64,000 nt of DNA from an uncultured Gammaproteobacteria bacterium (GCA_965231135.1 OZ246419.1:321488-385487), one strand, 5' to 3'. Shown: positions 1 through 9,643, counted from the stretch's first letter. Notes: generated by a model from the letters alone, not told the origin. Translations and numbers: made by a program.

Positions 1-282
1 GTTGCAAACGGAAACAAATTAATTATTAATGCGTTTTATTTGGGTGCAATTGTAATAGTTATGATTACAAATTATATTGTTTACAATAAAATTATTTGGA
101 GGACGAAGTCACTAAATTAGATAATTTTTGTGTTGGTTTTTGATCGATAGATTTATATTTTGTTTGAAGACTTATTTCTCCGTTTATGTAACGAACTCCT
201 TCGAGACGATATCTTTGAGAATTTAATCGCCAGTGGATAGGATTGTGGAATCTTTCTGACATGAAACTTATTATACCAGAGG

Positions 283-966
283 TTACAAATACAGAATATT
301 TCTTCTAGTTTTTTCTGCTAATTCTAAAATTTTGTTGCCATTTTCTGTGTGTGGAAAATTTTCATAATGCCGTTCTATAACTGGAATTAACGTATTTAGA
401 AAATCAAGATTAATATCCTGATCGTTCTGTAGTTTGTCTTTTAGTAACTCAGTAATGTTTCTATAAATATCATCAAATAGTTTATTGCCAGTTGGATGAC
501 TGTCAATTCCATAATAACAAAAGTAACTGATAAAAGGATTTTTATATGGATCGTTGTAAGAAATTGTGTTTGTCGATCTAGGGCGTCCACCTTTTGAGAT
601 TATAAAATGGTGGTCCCGATTAATTATTTTTTCCATAAGGAATGGTAATTGATTGTTTTGAACTCTATCTTTTATCAGCGATGAGGTAAATTCTTGTCTT
701 TCCTGTCTTAGTGCATCGTCAATATCTTTTGGGGAGATACTTTTGTGTTTAGTTGGTATGTGACTAAAAAGGAAACGATGTATAACTTGCTGTGTTTGTT
801 CTTTAAATTCGTTTGGCTTGTCTATTTTCCAAGATGGATTTAGAGAATGGATGTATTCGAACATAAGAGATTGAAGATATGGATCGCCCTGTGAGTGTTT
901 AAAAGAATGAAGCAATATTTCAGTGGCAGTGTTAGCGGTGAACTGTTCTGGAATATTATCGGTCAT
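283..966 (-). CDS. hypothetical protein (227 aa), no recognisable family
   Basis: Long ORF in the six-frame track with a non-repetitive, protein-like translation. No TM segments. No motif I can assign. It is not glycan-related by eye, unlike the rest of the window. Confidence 0.4.
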   Translation of the reverse strand: MTDNIPEQFTANTATEILLHSFKHSQGDPYLQSLMFEYIHSLNPSWKIDKPNEFKEQTQQVIHRFLFSHIPTKHKSISPKDIDDALRQERQEFTSSLIKDRVQNNQLPFLMEKIINRDHHFIISKGGRPRSTNTISYNDPYKNPFISYFCYYGIDSHPTGNKLFDDIYRNITELLKDKLQNDQDINLDFLNTLIPVIERHYENFPHTENGNKILELAEKTRRNILYL

Positions 967-2136
967 TTACAAGAGTGGGCCCCAGTTGCTGATTGGCATA
1001 GCATTGTTACTAATAAATGCTAAAGCAAAAAGAAAAGTTGGAATAATTAAAACAAGAAATGCTATTTTAAATTCTTTAGAACTTGCGTACTTTGCAAATG
1101 CAGCATATATAAAAGGAACGATTGGCAGAGCATAACGCATTAAATCGCGATGAGCGACAAATAAAAGAGTTGACCCAAAAATTCCAACAAAACATGCAAG
1201 AGTCCAATCTTTTTGTTTAATCAATCGCATAAAAGCAATGCTTGCAAATAAATAAATAAATAAAATTTCTTCCAACCAAAATGTGCCTACCCAAGGGGCG
1301 CTGTAATTAAAAATCTGAAAAGGAGGAAACATCAAATGAATATTGTCACCTGAATGAAAATATGCAAAAAAATCGTTAAATTGCAATTTATAAATATAAA
1401 AAATTACCAGAAGGGTAATTGGAATTAAAATTAATGGATATTTTTTGAGGTTTAAGGACTTGATCCAAGGACCAAATTTTGTTGTTGCGAAAGATTTAAA
1501 TCTTGGAAGAAAAGTGGCTGCAAAATAGGTAACAAATAACAAAATTCCTGGAGATTTTGTCAGAGTTGCAATAATTCCCCAAATTGCAGAAGCCCAGAAT
1601 TTTTTTTGATCATAATAATAAATTGATGCAATTATTGCGCCGATAAATAATGGTTCGGGAGATCCAACAGAACGGACGATTAGCCAGCGAGCTGGAAAAA
1701 TAGAAAAAACTGCAGTGAGCCATAATGCGTCTATTTCGTTTACATAAAGTTTCATTAATTTATTGAAAAAATAGAGAGCAATTAAAGAAGTGAATAATGT
1801 AATTGCGAGCATTGAATAAGGGAAATTTTTTGTAACTAATCCCAAACCTCTAATCAATAAAGGAAAAAGCGGAAAATGGGCTGCATAATATTGAACTGGC
1901 AAAGGAAACTCAAAATTGTTTTTAATTTGATTTGTGTTGTATAAAGTTTTTGCTACAACTAAATAAAGAGGGCCATCGTAGTTTGCAACTATTGTTTCAA
2001 GCCCGTTTTGAGGAAGTGGAATGTTATCTATTTGCGGAACTTTGAAATAAAAAATACCCCAAATGATTAATGGAGGAATAAGAGTTAGGAGAATAAGCGG
2101 GAAGATGTTTTTGATAGTTTTCATTGATATAATCAT
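967..2136 (-). CDS. polytopic membrane protein, GT-C-like, PIG-V/Mannos_trans_2-like (paralog of 41731-42891)
   Basis: 389 aa with many hydrophobic helices. The loop YLVVAKTLYN...FPLFPLLIRGL parallels DGEHYLSIAQNGYQPLEYFFFPLFPLLIRFL in ORF 41731-42891. The D-x-E-H-Y-L-x-I-A-x-x-G-Y...FFPLFP pattern is what I recall for GPI-mannosyltransferase-2-like (PF04188) proteins. Confidence 0.5.
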   Translation of the reverse strand: MIISMKTIKNIFPLILLTLIPPLIIWGIFYFKVPQIDNIPLPQNGLETIVANYDGPLYLVVAKTLYNTNQIKNNFEFPLPVQYYAAHFPLFPLLIRGLGLVTKNFPYSMLAITLFTSLIALYFFNKLMKLYVNEIDALWLTAVFSIFPARWLIVRSVGSPEPLFIGAIIASIYYYDQKKFWASAIWGIIATLTKSPGILLFVTYFAATFLPRFKSFATTKFGPWIKSLNLKKYPLILIPITLLVIFYIYKLQFNDFFAYFHSGDNIHLMFPPFQIFNYSAPWVGTFWLEEILFIYLFASIAFMRLIKQKDWTLACFVGIFGSTLLFVAHRDLMRYALPIVPFIYAAFAKYASSKEFKIAFLVLIIPTFLFALAFISNNAMPISNWGPLL

Positions 2137-2139
2137 ATC

Positions 2140-2853
2140 ATGAGTTATTTAATAGATGAACTTTCTGTCTTTTTTCCGTGTTATAACGAAGAAGCAAATA
2201 TAAAAGAAACTGTTAGTAAAGCTAAAAAAGTTTTAGAAAAAACAGCAAAAAAATGGGAAATAATTATTGTGAATGATGGAAGCAAAGATAATACTTCAGA
2301 GATTGCACACAAACTTGCCAAAGAAGATAAAAGAATTAAGGTGATTGATCAGGAAAATAGAGGATATGGGGGAGCCCTTCAAACTGGGCTTTATAATGCA
2401 AAATACAATTGGATAAGTTTTACAGATTCTGACGGACAATTTGATTTTGGCGAAATAAATAATTTTATTAATGAACAAAAAATTACAAAAGCAGATCTTG
2501 TAATTGGATATTATAAAAAAAGACAAGTATCGGACTTTGTAATTATGACCAGTAAAATTTGGGAAGTTGCCGTTTTTATTTTGTTTGGACTTCATGTAAC
2601 TGACATTGATTGTGGTTTTAAATTAATAAATAAAAAGGTAATAGAAAAGATTCCACATTTAACTGCTGAAAGAGGTGCGTTTATCTCCAGCGAATTGCTT
2701 ATAAAAGCTAAAAAAGAAAAATTTAAAATTGTAGAAATTCCAGTGACTCATTATCCAAGAAAAGGAGGAGCAGCAACTGGACGAAAAATAAATGTCATAA
2801 TAAAAAGCTTTGTTGATTTATTTAAATTATGGACAAAATTAAATCTTGGATAG
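2140..2853 (+). CDS. GT2 glycosyltransferase, Dpm1-like polyprenol-phosphate sugar synthase (soluble type)
   Basis: 237 aa. Has SVFFPCYNEE, IIIVNDGSKDNT and TDSDGQ (DxD) motifs and a CGFK motif, with no TM helix. Size and motifs match the Dpm1/Alg5-like GT2 clade. Confidence 0.8.
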   Translation: MSYLIDELSVFFPCYNEEANIKETVSKAKKVLEKTAKKWEIIIVNDGSKDNTSEIAHKLAKEDKRIKVIDQENRGYGGALQTGLYNAKYNWISFTDSDGQFDFGEINNFINEQKITKADLVIGYYKKRQVSDFVIMTSKIWEVAVFILFGLHVTDIDCGFKLINKKVIEKIPHLTAERGAFISSELLIKAKKEKFKIVEIPVTHYPRKGGAATGRKINVIIKSFVDLFKLWTKLNLG

Positions 2854-4355
2854 TAAATAATAAATTAGAATTTGTTTTATTATTAACAGTTTTATTGGTT
2901 GGCGCATTTGCGCGTCTTTATAAAATTGACCAATACATGACCTTTTTGGGTGATGAGGGACGTGATGTAATAATTGTCCGAAGAATTTTTACACAACTTC
3001 ACCCGCCTTTAATTGGGCCTGGAACTTCAATAGGAAATATGTATTTAGGACCAGCATATTACTATATGATGGCGCTTCCGCTTTTAATTTTTAATTTTAA
3101 TCCGGTAGGGCCTGCAATATTTATTGCAATTCTTGGTCTTATTACAATTTTGTTTTTATGGAAAGTGATAAGAGAATGGTTCCCTACAAAAAAAATAAAT
3201 TACGGCGCTTTAGTTGCGAGTTTTTTGTATGCAATTTCTCCTGTCATTATTATTTATTCGCGAAGTTCATGGAATCCAAATATAATGCCATTTTTTGCGC
3301 TTCTTACAGTTTATTCAATATGGAAAGTTTGGGTGACGAAAAATTTTAAATGGTTAATTATTACAGGAATATCGTATGCATGTTGTTTGCAATCTCATTA
3401 TCTTGGTTTACTTTTAGCACCTACAATTTTAGTAATCTGGTTTTTGGTTTTAATTAAAACTCCTATAAAAAAGAAATTTTTGGGCTATTCATTTGTTAGT
3501 TTGTTTTTGTTTTTACTCATTATGTCGCCGCTTGCAATTTTTGATTTTAGACACAACTTTATAAATTCCAAAGCAATTCTTGCCTTTTTTACAGACCGTC
3601 AAACGACAGTTTCAGTACTTCCTTGGAAAGCAATCCCAGGAATGTGGCCGATTTTGGCAAATATTACTGGAGATTTAGTGGGAGCAAAAACAAATATTGT
3701 TGGAGTTGTTGTTGCAGCACTTATTTTAATTGCCTTTGTATTTGTTTATCTAATAAGAAGAGAAAAATATAATTTTAAAAAGACAACTGTAACTTTGACA
3801 ATAACAATGTGGCTTTTCTTTGGCCTTATTGGACTTGCTCTTTATAAGCAACATATTTATGACCATTATTATGGATTTATTTTTGTAACTCCATTTATAA
3901 TGCTTGGAGCAATAATAAATAATTTAAAATACAAAATTGGATATTTATTAATTGCGATTTTAGTTTTGGGAATTGTTTTTGTTGATATACAAAATTCTCC
4001 TCTTGCCGCAGCTCCGAATATGCAAATGCAGCGAGCGAGATTTGTTGCTACAAAAGTTGAAGAGATTGCAAACGGAGAAAGATTTAATTTTGCCCTTATT
4101 GCTGACAGTAATTATGATAGTGCTTATCGATATTTTATGGATTTGGATAATGCAAAAGTAGTTGATATAAACCCCCAGGATACTAAAGATACAATTACAG
4201 ATCAATTAATTGTTGTTTGTGAGAGAGAAAAAGATAAATGTGATCCAACGCATAATCCAAAAGCAGAAGTTGCAGGATTTGGATGGACTAAAATTGTGGC
4301 AGAATATGATAATGTTTTTGGTGTTACAATATACAAACTTGCTCATACAAATTAA
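2829..4355 (+). CDS. GT-C-like polytopic membrane glycosyltransferase, paralog family B
   Basis: 508 aa, about 12 predicted TM helices. First loop reads LGDEGRDVIIVRR...LIGPGTSIGNMYLGPAYYYMMAP. This is shared with ORFs 5928, 7396 and 21656. The DE/DxD-type acidic loop after TM1 is typical of ArnT/PMT-type GT-C enzymes. Confidence 0.7.
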   Translation: MDKIKSWIVNNKLEFVLLLTVLLVGAFARLYKIDQYMTFLGDEGRDVIIVRRIFTQLHPPLIGPGTSIGNMYLGPAYYYMMALPLLIFNFNPVGPAIFIAILGLITILFLWKVIREWFPTKKINYGALVASFLYAISPVIIIYSRSSWNPNIMPFFALLTVYSIWKVWVTKNFKWLIITGISYACCLQSHYLGLLLAPTILVIWFLVLIKTPIKKKFLGYSFVSLFLFLLIMSPLAIFDFRHNFINSKAILAFFTDRQTTVSVLPWKAIPGMWPILANITGDLVGAKTNIVGVVVAALILIAFVFVYLIRREKYNFKKTTVTLTITMWLFFGLIGLALYKQHIYDHYYGFIFVTPFIMLGAIINNLKYKIGYLLIAILVLGIVFVDIQNSPLAAAPNMQMQRARFVATKVEEIANGERFNFALIADSNYDSAYRYFMDLDNAKVVDINPQDTKDTITDQLIVVCEREKDKCDPTHNPKAEVAGFGWTKIVAEYDNVFGVTIYKLAHTN

Positions 4356-4360
4356 ATAAA

Positions 4361-5356
4361 ATGAATTATCCTCAATCGGGCGAAATCTTAGAAGAGATTA
4401 AAAAAGCTAAAAAGATTTTAGTTAATCTTCACAGAGGGCCTGATCCTGATTCATATGCCTGCGCTTTTGCGCTTTATTATTTTTTAATTTCACAAAATAA
4501 AGACGTTACGATTGTTTTAACAAATACAAGCGAATTATCTAATCAGCTTAAAAAGTTTGATGATTCAGATAAAGTTAAATTAGTAGATTATTCAAAAATT
4601 GATTTTTCAAAATATGATTTATTTATAAGTCCTGATAGCGGAAGCTTACAGCAGATTGTTGATAATCCGGAAATAAAAGTTTTGGATATTAAAATTATTG
4701 TTATCGATCATCATGCAAGTAATGATAAATTTGGAAAAATTAATTTAATCGATTCATCTGCAGTATCTTGTTCACAAATTATCTATCTTATATTTAAGGA
4801 TTGGGATTTTTTTATAGATAGTAAAATGGCAAGCTTATTAATGTTTGGAATTATTGCAGATAGTGGAGTTTTTGCTTTTTCAAATGACAGTAAAGTTATG
4901 AAAATTGCAGGAGAGTTAATGGAACTTGGAGCGAATAAAGAAAAAATTATAAATGATTTTTTTAGAACAAAACCTTTTAGCTTAATAAAGTCTTTTGGTG
5001 AGTTTTTATCACGAATGGAATTTGATAAGGAGCATAAATTTGTATGGACGGCTATTTCTTATGAAGATTATTTAAAACTTAAAATTCCGCCAAAAGCTGC
5101 ATCTGTTTTTGCAACTGATTATGCAAGTATTGTTGATGGATCTGATTTTGGATTAATTATGTGTGAAGACGAGAAAAATAAATTAAAAATAAGTTTTAGG
5201 TCACGAAGCAATATTGATGTTTCAAAACTGGCGGAACAATTAAACGGAGGAGGTCATAAAAAGGCAGCCGGAGGACAAATAGAAGGAATGAAATTTGAAG
5301 AAGCGGTAAATAAGGTTTTGGAAGTAGCTAGGAAATTTGCTGACGAGTCCAAGTAA
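4361..5356 (+). CDS. DHH-family phosphoesterase (NrnA-like oligoribonuclease/pAp phosphatase), DHH+DHHA1
   Basis: 331 aa. DHH motifs HRGPDPDS and VIDHHASN are present. The C-terminal DHHA1 motif GGGHKKAAGG is present. Confidence 0.85.
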   Translation: MNYPQSGEILEEIKKAKKILVNLHRGPDPDSYACAFALYYFLISQNKDVTIVLTNTSELSNQLKKFDDSDKVKLVDYSKIDFSKYDLFISPDSGSLQQIVDNPEIKVLDIKIIVIDHHASNDKFGKINLIDSSAVSCSQIIYLIFKDWDFFIDSKMASLLMFGIIADSGVFAFSNDSKVMKIAGELMELGANKEKIINDFFRTKPFSLIKSFGEFLSRMEFDKEHKFVWTAISYEDYLKLKIPPKAASVFATDYASIVDGSDFGLIMCEDEKNKLKISFRSRSNIDVSKLAEQLNGGGHKKAAGGQIEGMKFEEAVNKVLEVARKFADESK

Positions 5357-5376
5357 TAGTTTCTGTTAATTCTTCG

Positions 5377-5900
5377 TCAAGAGAAGTTTTTGGAGTAAAA
5401 CTGAAACATCAGGAACTCTTCTTTAAGAGCTTGTAAAATAAATTTAGGAATTACATTTAGATATCTTTTATTAATTCCTCTTGGGCCATAGCAATTAAAA
5501 TATCTAACAATTGAAAATTTTAAACCTTCATCGTGAAGGCCAAATAAATATTCTTCTCCTAAAGCTTTCGCAAAACCATAAGACCATCTTGAAATAATTT
5601 GTGCTTTTCCCATAAACCTCAGATGAAGATGTAAAAAGAATTTTTTTGTTGTCACTTAATGCGATTTCTGCAACATTTCTAATTATTTTTTAAGTACTGT
5701 TTTATTTTGCACATCACCTTTTATAAATTTGAAGTTCTTGTTTTTTGAAAAACTTTTTAAATTACTTTTACTTCTAGCAAATAAATTATCAAAAGCAATT
5801 ACTTCATTGCCTTGTTCAAGCAACATTTCACAAAGATGAGAGCCGATAAAACCTGCACCGCCTGTAACTAAAATAATTTTCCCAGATATACTGATGAGAT
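5377..5900 (-). pseudogene. decayed NAD-dependent epimerase/dehydratase (UDP-Glc 4-epimerase/UXS-like) gene remnant
   Basis: Minus strand 5868-5836 encodes ...[27 protein letters not shown]... (Rossmann GxxGxxG). In-frame stops (TAA at 5683-5685, then another) follow. ORF 5377-5655 in the same frame then gives the C-terminal part: SYGFAKALGEE (YxxxK) ...IVRYFNCYGPRG...VIPKFI. About 80 aa between the two pieces are missing. Confidence 0.6.
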
Positions 5901-5927
5901 AATATCAGTTGTGTTAAAATTTATAAG

Positions 5928-7403
5928 GTGCTTAAGAAAAATTGGTTGATTATTTTAATTTTGGTGGCAGCTCTTTTTTTAAGAGTTTATAGAATACCTC
6001 AAGTTTTAGGGTTTTATTTTGATCAAGGAAGAGATGCTTTGGTAATTTGGGATTTGATTCATCTTCATAAGTTTTTTTTAATTGGGCCGACAACAGGGCT
6101 TGCTGGAATTTTTCGTGGACCTTATTATTATTATTTAATTGCACCATTTTATTTTTTGGGCGGCGGAAACCCAGTTGTTCCTGTTGATTTTCTTGCATTA
6201 ACTTCTGTAATTGCAATTTATTTAATGTATTTACTCGCAAGTAAGATACAGGATAAAACTTCTGGAATAATTGCTGCGGTAATTGCCGGTTTTTCTTTTT
6301 ATATAGTACTTGCAGGGAGATGGCTTTCAAACCCAACGCCGATGTTAATTTTATCTATGATTTTAGTATATTCAATGTTTCGTATTGCTAAAACAAATAA
6401 GAGAAAAGATGCGCAAATTTGGTGGGCGATAATATCTGCTGTTGCTGGACTATCTTTATTTAATTTTGGATCTTCCGGGGAATTTTTTTATTTTCCTGCA
6501 TTATTTATTTTTGTAATTTGGCAAAGAAGGAAATTTCCCACATTAAAATATTTATTAATTTCTGGTTTTGTTTTCTTTTTAACATTTGCACCACTTGTTT
6601 TATTTGACTTAAAGCATGATCATATTTTGCTTCATAATTTGTTTTCGACTTTTGGAGGAGATGGCGGAAGTTTTAAATTGCCAACGCAAAGTTTTATGGC
6701 TGAAAGAACAAGATCGTATTATGACATTTTTACAAATAAACTTTTTGATGCGAGGGAAAAACCTGAAATTATAGTAATGGTTATTGCTGCTATTTTCTTT
6801 TTAATTAATTTACCAAAACTAATTAAAAATGATGGATATAAAATAATAATTTTACTATTAATTTCTCCAATAATAGGACTTTATTTTTATCAAGGAAATT
6901 ATGGAGTTTTATATGATTATTATTTAACAGGATATTATTTGATTTTTATTTTATTTTACGGACTTATTTTTGGGAAAATTTGGAAAGCTAATATTGTTGG
7001 GAAATTATTTATAGTTTATTTCTTATATTTATTTTTTTCCGGGAACCTCCCAATTATCTGGTCGAAAATAAATGACAATTGTACGGGAAATGGAACTATT
7101 TGTTTTGCAAATGAAAAAACAGCAATTAATTGGATTTATGACAATTCTGCAGGGCAAAAGTTTAATGTAGATATTTATGTACCACCGCAAATTCCATATG
7201 CTTATAATTACATACTTACCTGGAGGTCAAATCCAAATAATGTAACTGAAAATGTTCCGCTTTTGTATACTCTTTATGAAGTTGACGATCAGCATCCGAG
7301 TATTCTTAATGATTGGCTAAAGAGACAAAATGGAATTGGTAAAATAGAAGCAGTTTATTCAACTGGAGGAATAACTGTACAGAGAAGGATTAGAAATGAT
7401 TAA
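5928..7403 (+). CDS. GT-C-like polytopic membrane glycosyltransferase, paralog family B
   Basis: 491 aa, multi-TM. Loop reads FYFDQGRDALVIWD...LIGPTTGLAGIFRGPYYYYLIAP, homologous to the loops of 2829, 7396 and 21656. Confidence 0.7.
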   Translation: MLKKNWLIILILVAALFLRVYRIPQVLGFYFDQGRDALVIWDLIHLHKFFLIGPTTGLAGIFRGPYYYYLIAPFYFLGGGNPVVPVDFLALTSVIAIYLMYLLASKIQDKTSGIIAAVIAGFSFYIVLAGRWLSNPTPMLILSMILVYSMFRIAKTNKRKDAQIWWAIISAVAGLSLFNFGSSGEFFYFPALFIFVIWQRRKFPTLKYLLISGFVFFLTFAPLVLFDLKHDHILLHNLFSTFGGDGGSFKLPTQSFMAERTRSYYDIFTNKLFDAREKPEIIVMVIAAIFFLINLPKLIKNDGYKIIILLLISPIIGLYFYQGNYGVLYDYYLTGYYLIFILFYGLIFGKIWKANIVGKLFIVYFLYLFFSGNLPIIWSKINDNCTGNGTICFANEKTAINWIYDNSAGQKFNVDIYVPPQIPYAYNYILTWRSNPNNVTENVPLLYTLYEVDDQHPSILNDWLKRQNGIGKIEAVYSTGGITVQRRIRND

Positions 7404-8880
7404 ATATTTAAAACAAAATAAAATTTTATTTTTAATTTTAATTTTGGGGCTCTTCTTAAGAGTTTATAAGCCATTAACTTTTTTTTATTTTGATCATGAT
7501 AGTGATCTTGCTGGATGGATTATGCGAGATATTTTGTTTAATCATCATCTAAGGCTTATTGGACAGGAAACTTCGTCACATGGAATTTTTATCGGGCCAT
7601 ATTTTTATTATTTACAAATTCCATTTTTTCTTTTAACAAAAATGGATCCTGCAGGAACATTACTGTTATCAATTATTTTGGGAATATTTTCTGTTTGGAG
7701 TGTCTATTTTGTTTTTACAAAGATGTTTAGCAAAAATGTTGGATTAATTGGATCTTTAATTTATGCGACATCGTCTTTGGTTGTGTTTACGGATCGCGAA
7801 GTTGTTCCAACGATGCCAGTAATGCTTTGGACAATATGGTTTTTATTTTCATTAAACCAAATTTTAAAAGGTAAAAAGTATGGTTATATAATTTTGGGAA
7901 TTTTAATTGGATTAGTTTGGAGTCTAAATTTGCAGCTTATTATTTTAATGCCACTTGTCATTTTGGCGCAAATATTTTCAAAAAAACAAATTAATTTTAA
8001 AGAATTGATTGTTGGATCAATAATTGCATTTTTGATGAATATTCCTTTTATTGCTTTTGAACTCCGCCATGGATTTCAACAAACAAAGGCTCTTTTTGCA
8101 TCTCTTACTACAAGTAAAGATTATATTTCTGGCACTTCGATGGGATTTTTTGCCAAACTAGACCGCACCATGCAATTGGTTTATAAAAATTCAACGAATA
8201 TTTTTGCATTAAACACAATAAATCTTGATACAAGAATAATGTTTTGGTTTTTTGTAGTTTTAATTCTCTGTTTTGTTTACAAAAAAATAATTTCAAAAAA
8301 TTTAGGAGTTATTTTTTTAATTTGGCTTTCAATTTATATTTTGTTTTTTTCGAAAATATCTTTAAATGTTTCAGAATATTATCTAAACGGTATGAATATT
8401 GTTTATATAATACTTGCTGCGATTGGAATTAATGAATTAATAAAAAATAAAAAAAGAAAACACTTTGGATTTTTATTAATTGGGATATTTTTAATTTTAA
8501 ATTTATACCAGTTTTTTACGAGACCTGTTAATGCTGATGGTTATATAGAAAGAAAAGCAATAATTTCTGCAATAAAGGAAGATGCAGATCTTCATAATTA
8601 TCCATGTGTTTCGTTGTCTTTTATAACAACACCTGGAAATGATTTGGGATACAGGTATTTTACTTGGGAGGAAAATTTAAAAACAAAACCAGTATCAAAT
8701 AATATTCCGGTTTACTCAATTGTTTTCCCGCTCTCTCTCGTTGATGGATTTGATAAAAGTTATGGAGCACTTGGACTTATAAAGCCAGACTATAAAAAGT
8801 ATAATCTGAAAACAATTGATACATCCTGTGAAGGAAAAGATTATAATTTAACTTATCCAATGTTTGGATTTACTAATTAA
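7396..8880 (+). CDS. GT-C-like polytopic membrane glycosyltransferase, paralog family B
   Basis: 494 aa, multi-TM. Loop reads FYFDHDSDLAGWIM...LIGQETSSHGIFIGPYFYYLQIP. Overlaps the previous gene by 8 nt. Confidence 0.7.
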   Translation: MIKYLKQNKILFLILILGLFLRVYKPLTFFYFDHDSDLAGWIMRDILFNHHLRLIGQETSSHGIFIGPYFYYLQIPFFLLTKMDPAGTLLLSIILGIFSVWSVYFVFTKMFSKNVGLIGSLIYATSSLVVFTDREVVPTMPVMLWTIWFLFSLNQILKGKKYGYIILGILIGLVWSLNLQLIILMPLVILAQIFSKKQINFKELIVGSIIAFLMNIPFIAFELRHGFQQTKALFASLTTSKDYISGTSMGFFAKLDRTMQLVYKNSTNIFALNTINLDTRIMFWFFVVLILCFVYKKIISKNLGVIFLIWLSIYILFFSKISLNVSEYYLNGMNIVYIILAAIGINELIKNKKRKHFGFLLIGIFLILNLYQFFTRPVNADGYIERKAIISAIKEDADLHNYPCVSLSFITTPGNDLGYRYFTWEENLKTKPVSNNIPVYSIVFPLSLVDGFDKSYGALGLIKPDYKKYNLKTIDTSCEGKDYNLTYPMFGFTN

Positions 8881-9643
8881 TATGCAAAAAATTTTTCTTT
8901 CAGTAATAATTCCTTGTTATAACGAAGAGAAAAATTTGCAAAGAAAAGTTTTAGACGAAGTTTATAAATATTTATCTAAAAAGGATTTTAATTTTGAGGT
9001 AATAATTTCCGATGATGGAAGTACAGATAATTCTAAAGAAATTATTGAAAAGCAAATTAAAACTCTAAAGAATTTTAAGTTATTAAAAAATGAACATGGA
9101 GGTAAACCATCAGCTCTTCTTTCGGGATTAAAACAAGCAAAAGGTGAATGGGTACTGTTTACAGATATGGATCAGTCAACTCCAATTGATCAACTTGATA
9201 AACTTTTGCCTTTTACAAAATATGCAGAAGTTGTAATTGGATCACGAGGATTTAATCGAAATAATTTTTCAATACTTCGAAGAATTGGATCGGTTGTATT
9301 TCTTACTTTTAGAAGGATTTTAATACTACCAGAAATTAAAGATACACAATGTGGATTTAAACTATTTAAAAGAACGGATATTGAGAAAGCTTTCCCAGAA
9401 CTTGAATTTTTTAAAACAAAACAGAGGACTTCTGGGTGGAAAGTTACATCTTATGATGTGGAACTACTTCATATTTTGAAAATTAATGGATGTAAAATTA
9501 AGGAAGTTGAAGTTTCGTGGCACGACCGTGATGTCAGCAATACTAAGGGGCATGGGTCAGGGCGTTATTTTCGGGAGAGTGAGGAAATGCTAATGCAAAT
9601 AATACGTGTAAAAATGAATGATATGAAAGGGCTGTATTCATGA
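8864..9643 (+). CDS. GT2 glycosyltransferase, Dpm1/Alg5-like polyprenol-phosphate sugar synthase (soluble type)
   Basis: 259 aa. Has LSVIIPCYNEE, VIISDDGSTDNS, FTDMDQS (DxD) and QCGFKLF motifs. No TM helix. Confidence 0.8.
   Translation: MDLLINMQKIFLSVIIPCYNEEKNLQRKVLDEVYKYLSKKDFNFEVIISDDGSTDNSKEIIEKQIKTLKNFKLLKNEHGGKPSALLSGLKQAKGEWVLFTDMDQSTPIDQLDKLLPFTKYAEVVIGSRGFNRNNFSILRRIGSVVFLTFRRILILPEIKDTQCGFKLFKRTDIEKAFPELEFFKTKQRTSGWKVTSYDVELLHILKINGCKIKEVEVSWHDRDVSNTKGHGSGRYFRESEEMLMQIIRVKMNDMKGLYS

Noticed and set aside
2296-2595. Minus-strand 99-aa ORF inside the Dpm1-like GT2 gene, and the many similar 60-130-aa antisense or overlapping ORFs in the track (for example 923-1135, 3158-3349, 5950-6336, 8108-8296, 10679-10936, 18037-18282, 28418-28823, 32027-32597, 39606-40007, 49805-50086, 51349-51655, 58166-58471)
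   Set aside because: They lie entirely inside strongly supported CDSs on the other strand or frame. Their translations are low-complexity and Lys/Asn/Phe/Ile-rich, as expected from AT-rich antisense. No motifs are present. In a roughly 70% AT genome, long spurious antisense ORFs are expected.
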